DNA from: Treponema sp. OMZ 838
GTDB lineage: Bacteria; Spirochaetota; Spirochaetia; Treponematales; Treponemataceae
NCBI RefSeq assembly: GCF_000775995.1
Contig: NZ_CP009227.1
Coordinates: 1,902,296 to 1,966,295, forward strand
Direction: 5' to 3'
DNA: 64,000 nucleotides
Below are positions 9,224 through 17,457 of this stretch, piece after piece. The translations under genes were made by a program, and so were the position numbers. The notes below the pieces were generated by a model. That model did not search any database. It saw only the letters and a list, made by a program, of their open reading frames with translations, and had not been told where the DNA came from. Each line of letters opens with the position of its first letter. The first letter of the stretch is position 1.

Positions 9224-11011
9224 TTGTTATTGGTGATGCATATATATGGTATGAATATCATCAATAACAAAGCGCCTGATGGCGAAATCTCCTACCTTTT
9301 TGAACCGGAGACGGCGCTGCCCGATACGGAAAGCTGTCCCGTGATTTTTGAATCGGATAATCCCGAATACAGCTTGGAAAAAACAGCCGATGCCGTTTCT
9401 ATCTGCGCACAGACCGTATTCGGGATTCCGGCGTTGTACCCGTGGCAGCGGCTCGTGATTGCCAATATCCTCGATGCCGTGCACGCCGCCGAAGCGGTCG
9501 AAGCTGCCGCATCGCCTGCCGGTACTACGGCGTCGCACGCCGAACGGCAGTATGGACAATATGTCGCAGCGCCGTACGAAACCGCGGTACCGCACGTAGA
9601 GGACGACTTTCTGTCCGGCACGGGGGAACCTTTAAGCGAGCTTTACGACGAGGACGGCGTGTTACGGGGCAGGCAGATTGTCTTGTTGCCGACCGGCGCG
9701 GGAAAATCGCTGTGTTTTCAGGTGCCGGCGCTGTTGTTGGATAAGCCGACACTCATTATCTATCCGCTTTTAGCCTTGATGAGCGACCAGATGCGCCGGA
9801 TGTGTGAAGGCAATCTTGAACCGGTCTTGTTCCGCGGCGGCCAGAGCGGACAGGAACGAGCCGCGCAGTATGCCCGTCTCGAAGGTACGGACGGTAAACC
9901 TCCTGCGAAACTCATCATTGCCAATCCCGAAATTCTGATGCAGGAAGAAGTGTTAAACCGTATTGCAAAGCGCGGCATTGCCCACCTTGCTATAGACGAG
10001 GCGCACTGCGTTAGTGAATGGGGAGACAGCTTTCGGCCTGCCTATCAAACGCTTAAGCAGGTTATCGAAACGTTGAAACCGCCCGCCGTTACCGCTTTTA
10101 CCGCAACAGCGGGAAACGAGGTATTAAAGCGTATCGGTGAGGTACTCTTTGACGGACGGGCGCATCTGGTACGCGGAGAGTCGGATCGTACCAACATTGC
10201 TTATTATGTACGGCAATGCCGCGTAAAGGCGCCTGCCCTCTTGCAAGAGGTTATGCAGCGGCAGCGGCCGATGGTTATTTTCTGTGCAACGCGGAACGGT
10301 ACGGAACAAACCGCTGCGTTTTTACGCTACACGTTGCGGGATCGGGCGATTCGGTTTTATCATGCAGGTTTGCAGCGGGATGAAAAAGATGAGGTGGAGC
10401 AATGGTTCCACGGGCACGACAGCGCGATATTGGTAACGACCTGTGCGTGGGGGATGGGCGTCGATAAAAAGAACGTACGCACCGTGATTCATCTGAATGC
10501 GTCGCCCACCGCCGAAGCTTATGTACAAGAAGCGGGCAGGGGAGGGCGGGACGGAAACCCTGCGCAGGCGGTGTTACTGTGGAGTCCGGAAGACAAGGCA
10601 CGGATTGCGCTGTTACCGGAAAAGCAGCGGAAACGGGCGGAAATACTCGTTAATTTTGCCGAAAGCGGCCGCTGCCGGCGCGAGGTTCTGCTCGAAGCGC
10701 TCGGAGAAGTGCGGGCAGTTCCGCTTCATACAGGAGATGAAAGTATTGCCTGTTCCGGCTGCGATATCTGTAACGGAACCGCGCTATTATATCCGCAGGA
10801 TGAACGGGAATTGCTTTCGTTTGTGGCGGCAAATAAGCGGAAATTTACCGCTCCGCAGCTTATCCGTCTATTACACGAAAATCTCCCGCTCTGGCGCGCC
10901 GGCGACATTAGCAGCCTCGTTTCACAGCTTATCCAAGAGCGGAAAATCCGCCCAGCTAAGGCGTTTTTCTGGAAACGTGCGCTTGTATGTTTTAAAAAAA
11001 AACTGCTATAG
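9224..11011 (+). CDS. recQ: ATP-dependent DNA helicase RecQ
   Basis: Motif 0 (FGIPALYPWQ), Walker A LPTGAGKSLCFQ, DEAH (AIDEAHCVSEWG), and C-terminal zinc-binding cysteines (CRR...CSGCDIC). An unusual roughly 70-aa insertion sits between motif 0 and motif I. Confidence 0.9.
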   Translation: MLLVMHIYGMNIINNKAPDGEISYLFEPETALPDTESCPVIFESDNPEYSLEKTADAVSICAQTVFGIPALYPWQRLVIANILDAVHAAEAVEAAASPAGTTASHAERQYGQYVAAPYETAVPHVEDDFLSGTGEPLSELYDEDGVLRGRQIVLLPTGAGKSLCFQVPALLLDKPTLIIYPLLALMSDQMRRMCEGNLEPVLFRGGQSGQERAAQYARLEGTDGKPPAKLIIANPEILMQEEVLNRIAKRGIAHLAIDEAHCVSEWGDSFRPAYQTLKQVIETLKPPAVTAFTATAGNEVLKRIGEVLFDGRAHLVRGESDRTNIAYYVRQCRVKAPALLQEVMQRQRPMVIFCATRNGTEQTAAFLRYTLRDRAIRFYHAGLQRDEKDEVEQWFHGHDSAILVTTCAWGMGVDKKNVRTVIHLNASPTAEAYVQEAGRGGRDGNPAQAVLLWSPEDKARIALLPEKQRKRAEILVNFAESGRCRREVLLEALGEVRAVPLHTGDESIACSGCDICNGTALLYPQDERELLSFVAANKRKFTAPQLIRLLHENLPLWRAGDISSLVSQLIQERKIRPAKAFFWKRALVCFKKKLL

Positions 11012-11018
11012 TGTCGGT

Positions 11019-11258
11019 ATGACGCTTTATGAATATTATATGGTATTTCCCGATGGCGATATGCAGGAAGTTTCCGATGAACTTATGGTCGGATCTCTGT
11101 ACGATATCAATGGTAGGCGATTAATGCTGCCGCTTCCGACAAATAAGATGATTGTGTATCAGGTATGCGGGAAACGTACCCGTGAAGAAAGAGGTATTGT
11201 GGCAACCTATTACGCGCTGGAACAGTTGGATGCTGCAGAATTACGTGCATACGTCTAA
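11019..11258 (+). CDS. small hypothetical protein (80 aa), 3' portion of the listed ORF 10497..11258
   Basis: ATG 8 nt after the recQ stop; its own stop is 4 nt before the next gene, giving a tight recQ-orf80-orf223 operon. Confidence 0.3.
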   Translation: MTLYEYYMVFPDGDMQEVSDELMVGSLYDINGRRLMLPLPTNKMIVYQVCGKRTREERGIVATYYALEQLDAAELRAYV

Positions 11259-11261
11259 CGA

Positions 11262-11933
11262 ATGATCAACACCTATAATGAAACACACCTGCACCGCACC
11301 CTAAAAGACTTGTACAGCAGTGACAGCGCCGTGCAGGAAACATCGATAGAAGGTTTTATCTGTGATATTTACGATACAGGGCGGATAATAGAAATACAAA
11401 CCTCCAAACTTTTCGCTCTACGGGTTAAATTGGAAAAGCTTTTGCCGCGGTATCCTATTCAGATTGTTTATCCCATCATAGAAAATGCCTATATACTGAT
11501 GCTTAACGAAGACGGCAGTAAACGAAGCTGCCGGAAAAGTCCGAAACACGGGAATTTCTATCAAATTTTTAGAGAACTGTTAGGAATTGTTCACTGTCTC
11601 GATAATCCGAATCTTACAATACGGATTTTGTATATCGATTGCGAAGTTATCAAAATAGATGATAAGCAGGGGAGAAGCAGATATAAGAGACCGCGTATTA
11701 TCGATAAAAAGCTGTTAAAGATACATCGGGAGGAGGAGTTTCACGGTATCGATAGCTTGACTGTTCGGCTTATGGCAAAGCTGCCCGATGCATTTATCAG
11801 TACCGATGTAAGAAAATTAGGCGCCGGTGTCTATGCATCATATATCCTATCGTTTTTAAAAAAATGTCAAAAAATAGTCTTTTATACAAAGGCGGGGCGC
11901 TATCATGTATATAAAAAAACCGGTACCGAATAG
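11262..11933 (+). CDS. hypothetical protein, possible PD-(D/E)xK-like nuclease fold (weak)
   Basis: 223 aa. The D...E.Q..K-like segment (CDIYDTGRIIEIQTSK) is only weakly suggestive. Rho-independent terminator immediately downstream. Confidence 0.4.
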   Translation: MINTYNETHLHRTLKDLYSSDSAVQETSIEGFICDIYDTGRIIEIQTSKLFALRVKLEKLLPRYPIQIVYPIIENAYILMLNEDGSKRSCRKSPKHGNFYQIFRELLGIVHCLDNPNLTIRILYIDCEVIKIDDKQGRSRYKRPRIIDKKLLKIHREEEFHGIDSLTVRLMAKLPDAFISTDVRKLGAGVYASYILSFLKKCQKIVFYTKAGRYHVYKKTGTE

Positions 11934-11946
11934 GTACCGGTTTTCA
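11914..11946. terminator. bidirectional intrinsic terminator AAAAACCGGTACC-GAAT-AGGTACCGGTTTT
   Basis: Perfect GC-rich 11-bp stem flanked by an A-run and a T-run, between convergent genes. Confidence 0.65.
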
Positions 11947-11974
11947 ATCGATTGATACGAGTTAGAACAGCGGT

Positions 11975-12715
11975 TTACCAGCTGTCTTTCATATCGTCAT
12001 CATCGCGCATATCAACTTCATAGAGGTCGGTAACAGCACGGAGATCATCGAAGTAGATGTAGTAATTTCCATAAGCTTCCCAGGGATTGCATTCAATGCG
12101 GAAACCTACAATCTTTAAGCCCATGCTGGTGCCGTAGTGATAATCTTTTTGTACAATTCCCGTTCCTGCTGCATTCTGCGGGGGAACCGCAACGGTCATC
12201 AATTTCCATCCTGCATGATTCAGTTTTCCTACATAGAGTTCAAAGCGCTGTCCCATATAATCTTCGAGGATGAGCTTTAAAACATGCGGATAACTTCTTC
12301 CGACAACCCAAACGCTGACGGTTTTAGTAATACCTTCGACCGGAATCGGTTTAACGGCACGGACTTCAAAGCTGTTATAACCACGGCGGTAGAAGGACAC
12401 CTTTGTACCGTAAACTTTGCTGTCAGGAAGATTCAAGTTTTCCTCGTCCGGAATTGCTTTCTTCTGTTTGGGTGCGCCGTCAAACAAACGTCCTTGAATA
12501 ACGCCTTCGTCAGACGACATGGAACAAACCCAAGAGCCTTCATTTTCGAACTTATCAACTGAAACTTCTTTTAAGCGCTGTTCTGCAGATTCAACGCCGA
12601 TGCGGGAAGCATCGACTTGATCCAATGCCAAACCATCGCGAGTGTTCTCTTGAGCAAATGCAAACAACGATAATGCTGATAATAATGCTGCTACGGTAAA
12701 ATATTTTTTTGTCAT
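11975..12715 (-). CDS. secreted protein, possible FlaA-like flagellar filament outer-layer protein (paralog 2)
   Basis: Signal peptide and beta-rich sequence. It is clearly paralogous to the upstream gene (HAGWKLMTVAVP vs YHGWKNLAVTVP; YIYFDDLRAVTD vs YVFFDEFKALTN). The FlaA assignment is from memory of Treponema tandem FlaA-like pairs. Confidence 0.4.
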   Translation of the reverse strand: MTKKYFTVAALLSALSLFAFAQENTRDGLALDQVDASRIGVESAEQRLKEVSVDKFENEGSWVCSMSSDEGVIQGRLFDGAPKQKKAIPDEENLNLPDSKVYGTKVSFYRRGYNSFEVRAVKPIPVEGITKTVSVWVVGRSYPHVLKLILEDYMGQRFELYVGKLNHAGWKLMTVAVPPQNAAGTGIVQKDYHYGTSMGLKIVGFRIECNPWEAYGNYYIYFDDLRAVTDLYEVDMRDDDDMKDSW

Positions 12716-13452
12716 TATTTTCCGCCCTCCTTATTTGAATCGGCATCATCAAACTTGGCATTCTCTAACTCAAAACCGTCATAAGAAGCTGTACGAGTAT
12801 TTGTTAATGCCTTGAATTCATCAAAGAAAACATAAAAGTCATCAACATTCTCTGTAGGCTGAGTGCGGATTCTAAATGCGACAAAGGTCATATATTTAAG
12901 CTGTGATAAATAGCGTGACCGCTGTTGAATATTCGTGGGAACGGTAACTGCTAAATTTTTCCATCCATGGTAATTTAATGTTCCGACCGGTAATGTATGT
13001 ATCCGTCCGTTGCAATCGCGTACCAGAATTTCAAGGTCATACGCATAGCCTGCGCCCCAGACCCAAAGATCAAATCTTTGGACAACCCCTTTTAAGGGGA
13101 TTTCATAAGGAGCGGCATTATCGCCTGAGCTCTTTGTCGGATAAAGATCGACCCAGTTATCGCCTTGGCGGTTAAATTTAAACTGCATTCCTAAAAATTT
13201 GTATTCTTTATCGGAATCGGATTGCATAACCCGCAGAGCGTTCGGCATTCCGTCAAAATACTTTAAAATAGGATAACCTTCGGTGATAAACTTGCTTCCA
13301 ATAGCATTCCATGTTATCTCTGATGATTCGGGGGAGTCAAAAGTCTCCACCATATACGTTTGATAATTAACACCGCTATCCTGCGCTGCCAATGGAGTAC
13401 AAACGACTGCAAACATCAGAACAAAGACCGTAATAACAACGCCTTGTTTCAT
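12715..13452 (-). CDS. secreted protein, possible FlaA-like flagellar filament outer-layer protein (paralog 1)
   Basis: Signal peptide; paralog of 11975..12715; translationally coupled. Confidence 0.4.
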   Translation of the reverse strand: MKQGVVITVFVLMFAVVCTPLAAQDSGVNYQTYMVETFDSPESSEITWNAIGSKFITEGYPILKYFDGMPNALRVMQSDSDKEYKFLGMQFKFNRQGDNWVDLYPTKSSGDNAAPYEIPLKGVVQRFDLWVWGAGYAYDLEILVRDCNGRIHTLPVGTLNYHGWKNLAVTVPTNIQQRSRYLSQLKYMTFVAFRIRTQPTENVDDFYVFFDEFKALTNTRTASYDGFELENAKFDDADSNKEGGK

Positions 13453-13655
13453 TCACAACTCCTTTTATTTCCGCCGATATTCTAAGAAATCATACCCATT
13501 ATAGTCTGAAAAGAAAACTTTGTCAAACAACTCGGTAATCCCCAAACCTCATGGAGCATCAATTCCGCAGCGGATGAAGAACTCTGCCTACAGTATCGGC
13601 AGAGTAAGCAAAATATACAAGGGCTAGACGTTTTTTTTATTTTTTGTTAGGATGT

Positions 13656-14279
13656 TTAGCCGGCGTTTCCTTGCCGGTATAGTATAAAGTGGAGTACCGC
13701 ACCGATGAAAGTGAGTCCCGCTAAAATAGAGCCGTAGATGAGCGGATTCCCTTTAAAATAATGAAGCCCCAGCGCAAAAGTACCCAGTATAAGGATTCCT
13801 ATATATAGAAGAAAGCAAAGGACGCAGGCAACGGCGTAATAGAAGGTGATATCGGTACAAAAATGTAAGAGTGCATCCAGAATAAACAGCGCGCTTGCAT
13901 ACAGAATGATGCAGAGTACAATAGGTATGATGCGGAGATGTGTGCTTGCAAGAAATAGCTGTTGATATATCTTTACGGTAAATAGACCAAATAGCGCTGC
14001 CGGAACCGGTAAAACGTTAAAACCGGAAAAGATCAAGGCGATCAATAATACAATGCAGAAAGGGATAAGGGTATCCACAAAGAAGGAATAAAAAAAATAA
14101 CTGCCTAACGAACCGATATAGCGATCCACTCTTGCAGAAAAAAAAGATACAATCAGTAAGAACAGCGTAGCCGCGGTAATACCGACAAAAAACATAAAGA
14201 TATGCTTATTTTTTTCTTCTAATTGAAAGGCGTAAGAGAAAAAAATGAGCGGAAGACAAAATAATAGTAAAACAGCCAT
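13656..14279 (-). CDS. hypothetical polytopic membrane protein
   Basis: 207 aa, about six hydrophobic helices, no motif. Confidence 0.4.
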   Translation of the reverse strand: MAVLLLFCLPLIFFSYAFQLEEKNKHIFMFFVGITAATLFLLIVSFFSARVDRYIGSLGSYFFYSFFVDTLIPFCIVLLIALIFSGFNVLPVPAALFGLFTVKIYQQLFLASTHLRIIPIVLCIILYASALFILDALLHFCTDITFYYAVACVLCFLLYIGILILGTFALGLHYFKGNPLIYGSILAGLTFIGAVLHFILYRQGNAG

Positions 14280-14455
14280 ACCCAGTTAGAATATCATAAA
14301 ATGATACGATAGACAACGCTCATTTTGAATCTGTGTTGAACACCAAAACTACCGGTGACGGAATACTATAGAGCAGGAGACCATTCAAAATGTTCTATCT
14401 TTGAACAGCCTCCTATTCATTTTCTCGGTAATACAATATTGTACCGCCGCCTCTT

Positions 14456-14680
14456 TTACGGATGGCGTGCAGCTACTCCTTTTTCGATCAGTGATATCAG
14501 TTGATCTTCATACCAATCTTGGGAATAGGGTGCATGCTGGCGGACAATCGGCCGAACTTTTGCTTCGATGGTGTCCTTGCAGGCTTCGCAAATATCATAT
14601 TCGCGGATATGCCAATAGGTTCTTCCGGTTATGGGATTAACCAATTCTTTTTTGCAAATGTCACAATGTAAAGTTTTCAT
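14456..14680 (-). CDS. small zinc-ribbon protein (two CxxC pairs)
   Basis: 74 aa with CDIC ... CEAC. Confidence 0.4.
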   Translation of the reverse strand: MKTLHCDICKKELVNPITGRTYWHIREYDICEACKDTIEAKVRPIVRQHAPYSQDWYEDQLISLIEKGVAARHP

Positions 14681-14752
14681 AACGATGCTCTCCTAATAAT
14701 AAAGCTTGTATACAAAAGCATACCGTATATTCGTTTTTTTGTCGAGTCAATC

Positions 14753-14898
14753 GGGTAAACGCATCAGGCTGTTTTTTAACAACCCCGCAGAATTATTGAG
14801 GCTGTTCAACCAGAATTGAACCTCTTCGCGGTTCAAATGGTCTCACAGCCTCAATAATTCTGCGATTTTCATCTACCGTGCCTGATGCGTTTACCCTC
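14753..14898. repeat. 146-nt near-perfect long hairpin (MITE-like or structured RNA)
   Basis: Outer 17-bp perfect inverted repeat GGGTAAACGCATCAGGC / GCCTGATGCGTTTACCC, inner 20-bp perfect inverted repeat CGCAGAATTATTGAGGCTGT / ACAGCCTCAATAATTCTGCG, and central GAACC-TCTTCGC-GGTTC. Confidence 0.6.
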
Positions 14899-14929
14899 CG
14901 TATAAAAGAAACTTTCCGTAATCTCGCTA

Positions 14930-15395
14930 CTGCTTGGAACCACCGCCATCCATGGCGGTTCTGCCTCTCCAACGCTTTTGCAAATAGACGATGCAGATGC
15001 TAGGAGTTAGGCAAAAAAGTACCGCAGGCACGGTACAAAATGTACATCCCTGTACATTTTGTACCTACGTGTTTGCCCTGCAAACACGCTACTGACTAGA
15101 ACCACCGCCATCCGTGGCGGAAATGATACGTTGAGCATTTATTGCAGAAGCGGCACGGATGCCGCTGATTTAAACAGAAGCGATATTTCGGCTTTGCCGA
15201 AATTCGCCATTAAAAGTGTACACGGATGTACACTTTTAATGATGCGACGCAGTAGATGCACCGTATCTCCAACGCTTTTGAAATAGACGGTATAGATACA
15301 AGGAGCTAGCTGAAAATAAAGCGGAGGCGTATCTATGATACGTTGAGCATTTATTTTCAGCGTACGACGCAGTAGATATGCCGTATATTTCAAAA
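14930..15395. repeat. hairpin-dense intergenic repeat element, copy A of a multi-copy family
   Basis: Shares about 150-bp and about 130-bp modules with 28597-28985 and a core with 25655-25690. The modules include GAACCACCGCCATCCRTGGCGG, GGTACAAAATGTACA-TCCC-TGTACATTTTGTACC, CGTGTTTGC-NNN-GCAAACACG and GCYGAAAATAAA...TTTATTTTCRGC. Confidence 0.65.
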
Positions 15396-17102
15396 GGCTG
15401 TGTCGTTGATGCTATTAAGCCACTCCGTACACGCCGGTACTACGGAAGCAATGCAGCCTTCTTTAAAGGGATTTTTCAAGTTGGCCAGTTCCACCAGGCG
15501 GAGGAAGGAGTCGCGGCCGCCCGCTTTACAGAGACGCAGATAATCTTCCCAGGCCGTTTTGCGGTCGGAAAGGCTTTTTGCCCAGAATTGCAATGCGCAT
15601 ACTTGAGCAAGTGTGTAATCGATGTAATAAAACGGCGTACTGAAGATATGTCCTTGGCGCATCCAATAACCGCCGCGGTTCAAGAAATCGTTATCGTCGT
15701 AATCCCGTGCAGGTAGGTACTTTTTTTCGATACTGCGCCATGCAGCTTTTCGTTCTGCGGGGCTTGCTTCGGGATGCTCATATACCCAGTGTTGAAACTC
15801 GTCTACCGTAACGCCGTAGGGTAAAAACAGGAGCGCTCCGGATAGATGGGTAAAGCGGAACTTATCGGTTTGCTCTTCAAAAAACAGATTCATCCACGGC
15901 CATGTAAAGAATTCCATACTCATCGAGTGTATTTCGCAGGCTTCGTAGGTCGGCCATACGTACTCCAGCAGGCGGGCATTACGGCTCTGATAGGCTTGGA
16001 ATGCGTGCCCTGCTTCATGGGTCATTACCTCCACATCGTGCTGCGTATTGTTAAAGTTGGCAAAAATAAACGGCGCCTTGTAATCGGGAATTGTGGTACA
16101 ATAACCGCCTGCTGCCTTTCCTTTTTTTGCAAGCACATCGAGCATCTGATGCGAAGTCATGAAAGTAAAAAATTCATCGGTTTCCGGGGAAAGTTCCGCA
16201 TACATCTTTTTGGCATTTGCCAAAATCCAATCGGGATTGCCGTGAGGAATCGCATTGCCGGTGGTATATTCAAGCGGTTCATCATAGTAGTATAGCCGTT
16301 CCAACCCCAACCGTTTCGCCTGCCGTTTTCGTAAGTTCACGGCTATCGGCACAATTTCGCGGTAGATTTGATTCCGATAGGCAGCAACCATCTCGGCATT
16401 GTAGTCGGTTCTGCCCATCCGGTCGTATCCGAGCTGCACGAAGTTTTGATATCCGAGTTTTTTTGCGATGCGTGTACGCACTTTGACTAAATTATCGTAG
16501 ATGGAATCGAATTCTGCTTCGTGTTCCGCAAAAAAACCGTAGTAGGCTTTTGCCGCTTTTTTCCGTGTTGCACGGTCTTGATCCTGCATAAAAGGAGTCA
16601 GCTGCGCGAGCGTGCGTTTTTCTCCTGCAAATTCGATTTCTGCCGAAGCAATCAGTTTGTCGTAGCTGCTGGTAAGTTTGTTTTCTTCTGCTAAATCTTC
16701 CATAATAGAGGGTGAAAACACCTTCATATCAAGTTCGGTCATTGCGAAGATATGCGTCCCGAGTTCTTTTTCCAGCTCTTTACGGAACGATGAGGCAAGC
16801 AGTTTTTTATTAAAGCTATTGGTCATTTCGATATAAAACGGGTTTGATTCATCAAAAAACGTATTTTCGGCATCGTAAAAACCGTCACGGGTGTCGATAC
16901 TATGCCGTATTTCCGCAAGGGTCTGCATGGTTTGATAATGAGATTTGAGTTTTTGTATTTCATCAATGAGCGCGATCTGCTCTGCTGCCGAATGTGCGGC
17001 TTCGAACTGCTGTTCCGCTTTTTTAAATGCCGTTTTTAATGCCTCCATATCGGGGCGGGTATAGGGAAGGGCGGTAAATTGCTTCATTTCCGGTGTATTC
17101 AT
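15390..17102 (-). CDS. pepF: oligoendopeptidase F (M3B family zinc metallopeptidase)
   Basis: HEAGHAF zinc-binding HExxH motif and typical M3B length. The start is chosen at MNTPEMKQF, preceded by AAGGAG. Confidence 0.9.
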   Translation of the reverse strand: MNTPEMKQFTALPYTRPDMEALKTAFKKAEQQFEAAHSAAEQIALIDEIQKLKSHYQTMQTLAEIRHSIDTRDGFYDAENTFFDESNPFYIEMTNSFNKKLLASSFRKELEKELGTHIFAMTELDMKVFSPSIMEDLAEENKLTSSYDKLIASAEIEFAGEKRTLAQLTPFMQDQDRATRKKAAKAYYGFFAEHEAEFDSIYDNLVKVRTRIAKKLGYQNFVQLGYDRMGRTDYNAEMVAAYRNQIYREIVPIAVNLRKRQAKRLGLERLYYYDEPLEYTTGNAIPHGNPDWILANAKKMYAELSPETDEFFTFMTSHQMLDVLAKKGKAAGGYCTTIPDYKAPFIFANFNNTQHDVEVMTHEAGHAFQAYQSRNARLLEYVWPTYEACEIHSMSMEFFTWPWMNLFFEEQTDKFRFTHLSGALLFLPYGVTVDEFQHWVYEHPEASPAERKAAWRSIEKKYLPARDYDDNDFLNRGGYWMRQGHIFSTPFYYIDYTLAQVCALQFWAKSLSDRKTAWEDYLRLCKAGGRDSFLRLVELANLKNPFKEGCIASVVPACTEWLNSINDTAF

Positions 17103-17457
17103 TAATAGGCTCCTTACAATTGAACATCTGAACAAAGTGTTAACTTTGGAAGGTGTTCAATTCGTGCGCAGGCAGCGCACATACAATCTGCAAGTTTGCA
17201 CAAAGCAAACTTGACGTGTTTTTCAGCGGTACCATTTGTACCGCTGAAAATAAACATTCCTATGCTTTTTATAAAATTATACGGAGCGATTATAGCATAA
17301 GGCCGATATTTAGGACAGCATCGGGAATTCTCAGTAGAAATTCTTATATACACTTGACGGATATTCGATTAATTTGTATATATACGGCAATTAAAATATA
17401 AAGTTCCCTGATGCGTTGCATCAGTGAATCCCGCATTTTTTATTATGGAGTCTACTC

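Noticed and set aside
10497-11011. 5' part of the 253-aa ORF overlapping recQ in another frame
   Set aside because: It overlaps recQ. Only the 3' 80 codons, from 11019, lie in free intergenic space and were kept as a low-confidence small gene.
14930-15395. CRISPR array as an explanation for the repeats
   Set aside because: The repeats are not regularly spaced identical units with unique spacers. They are mosaic hairpin modules, and no cas genes lie nearby.
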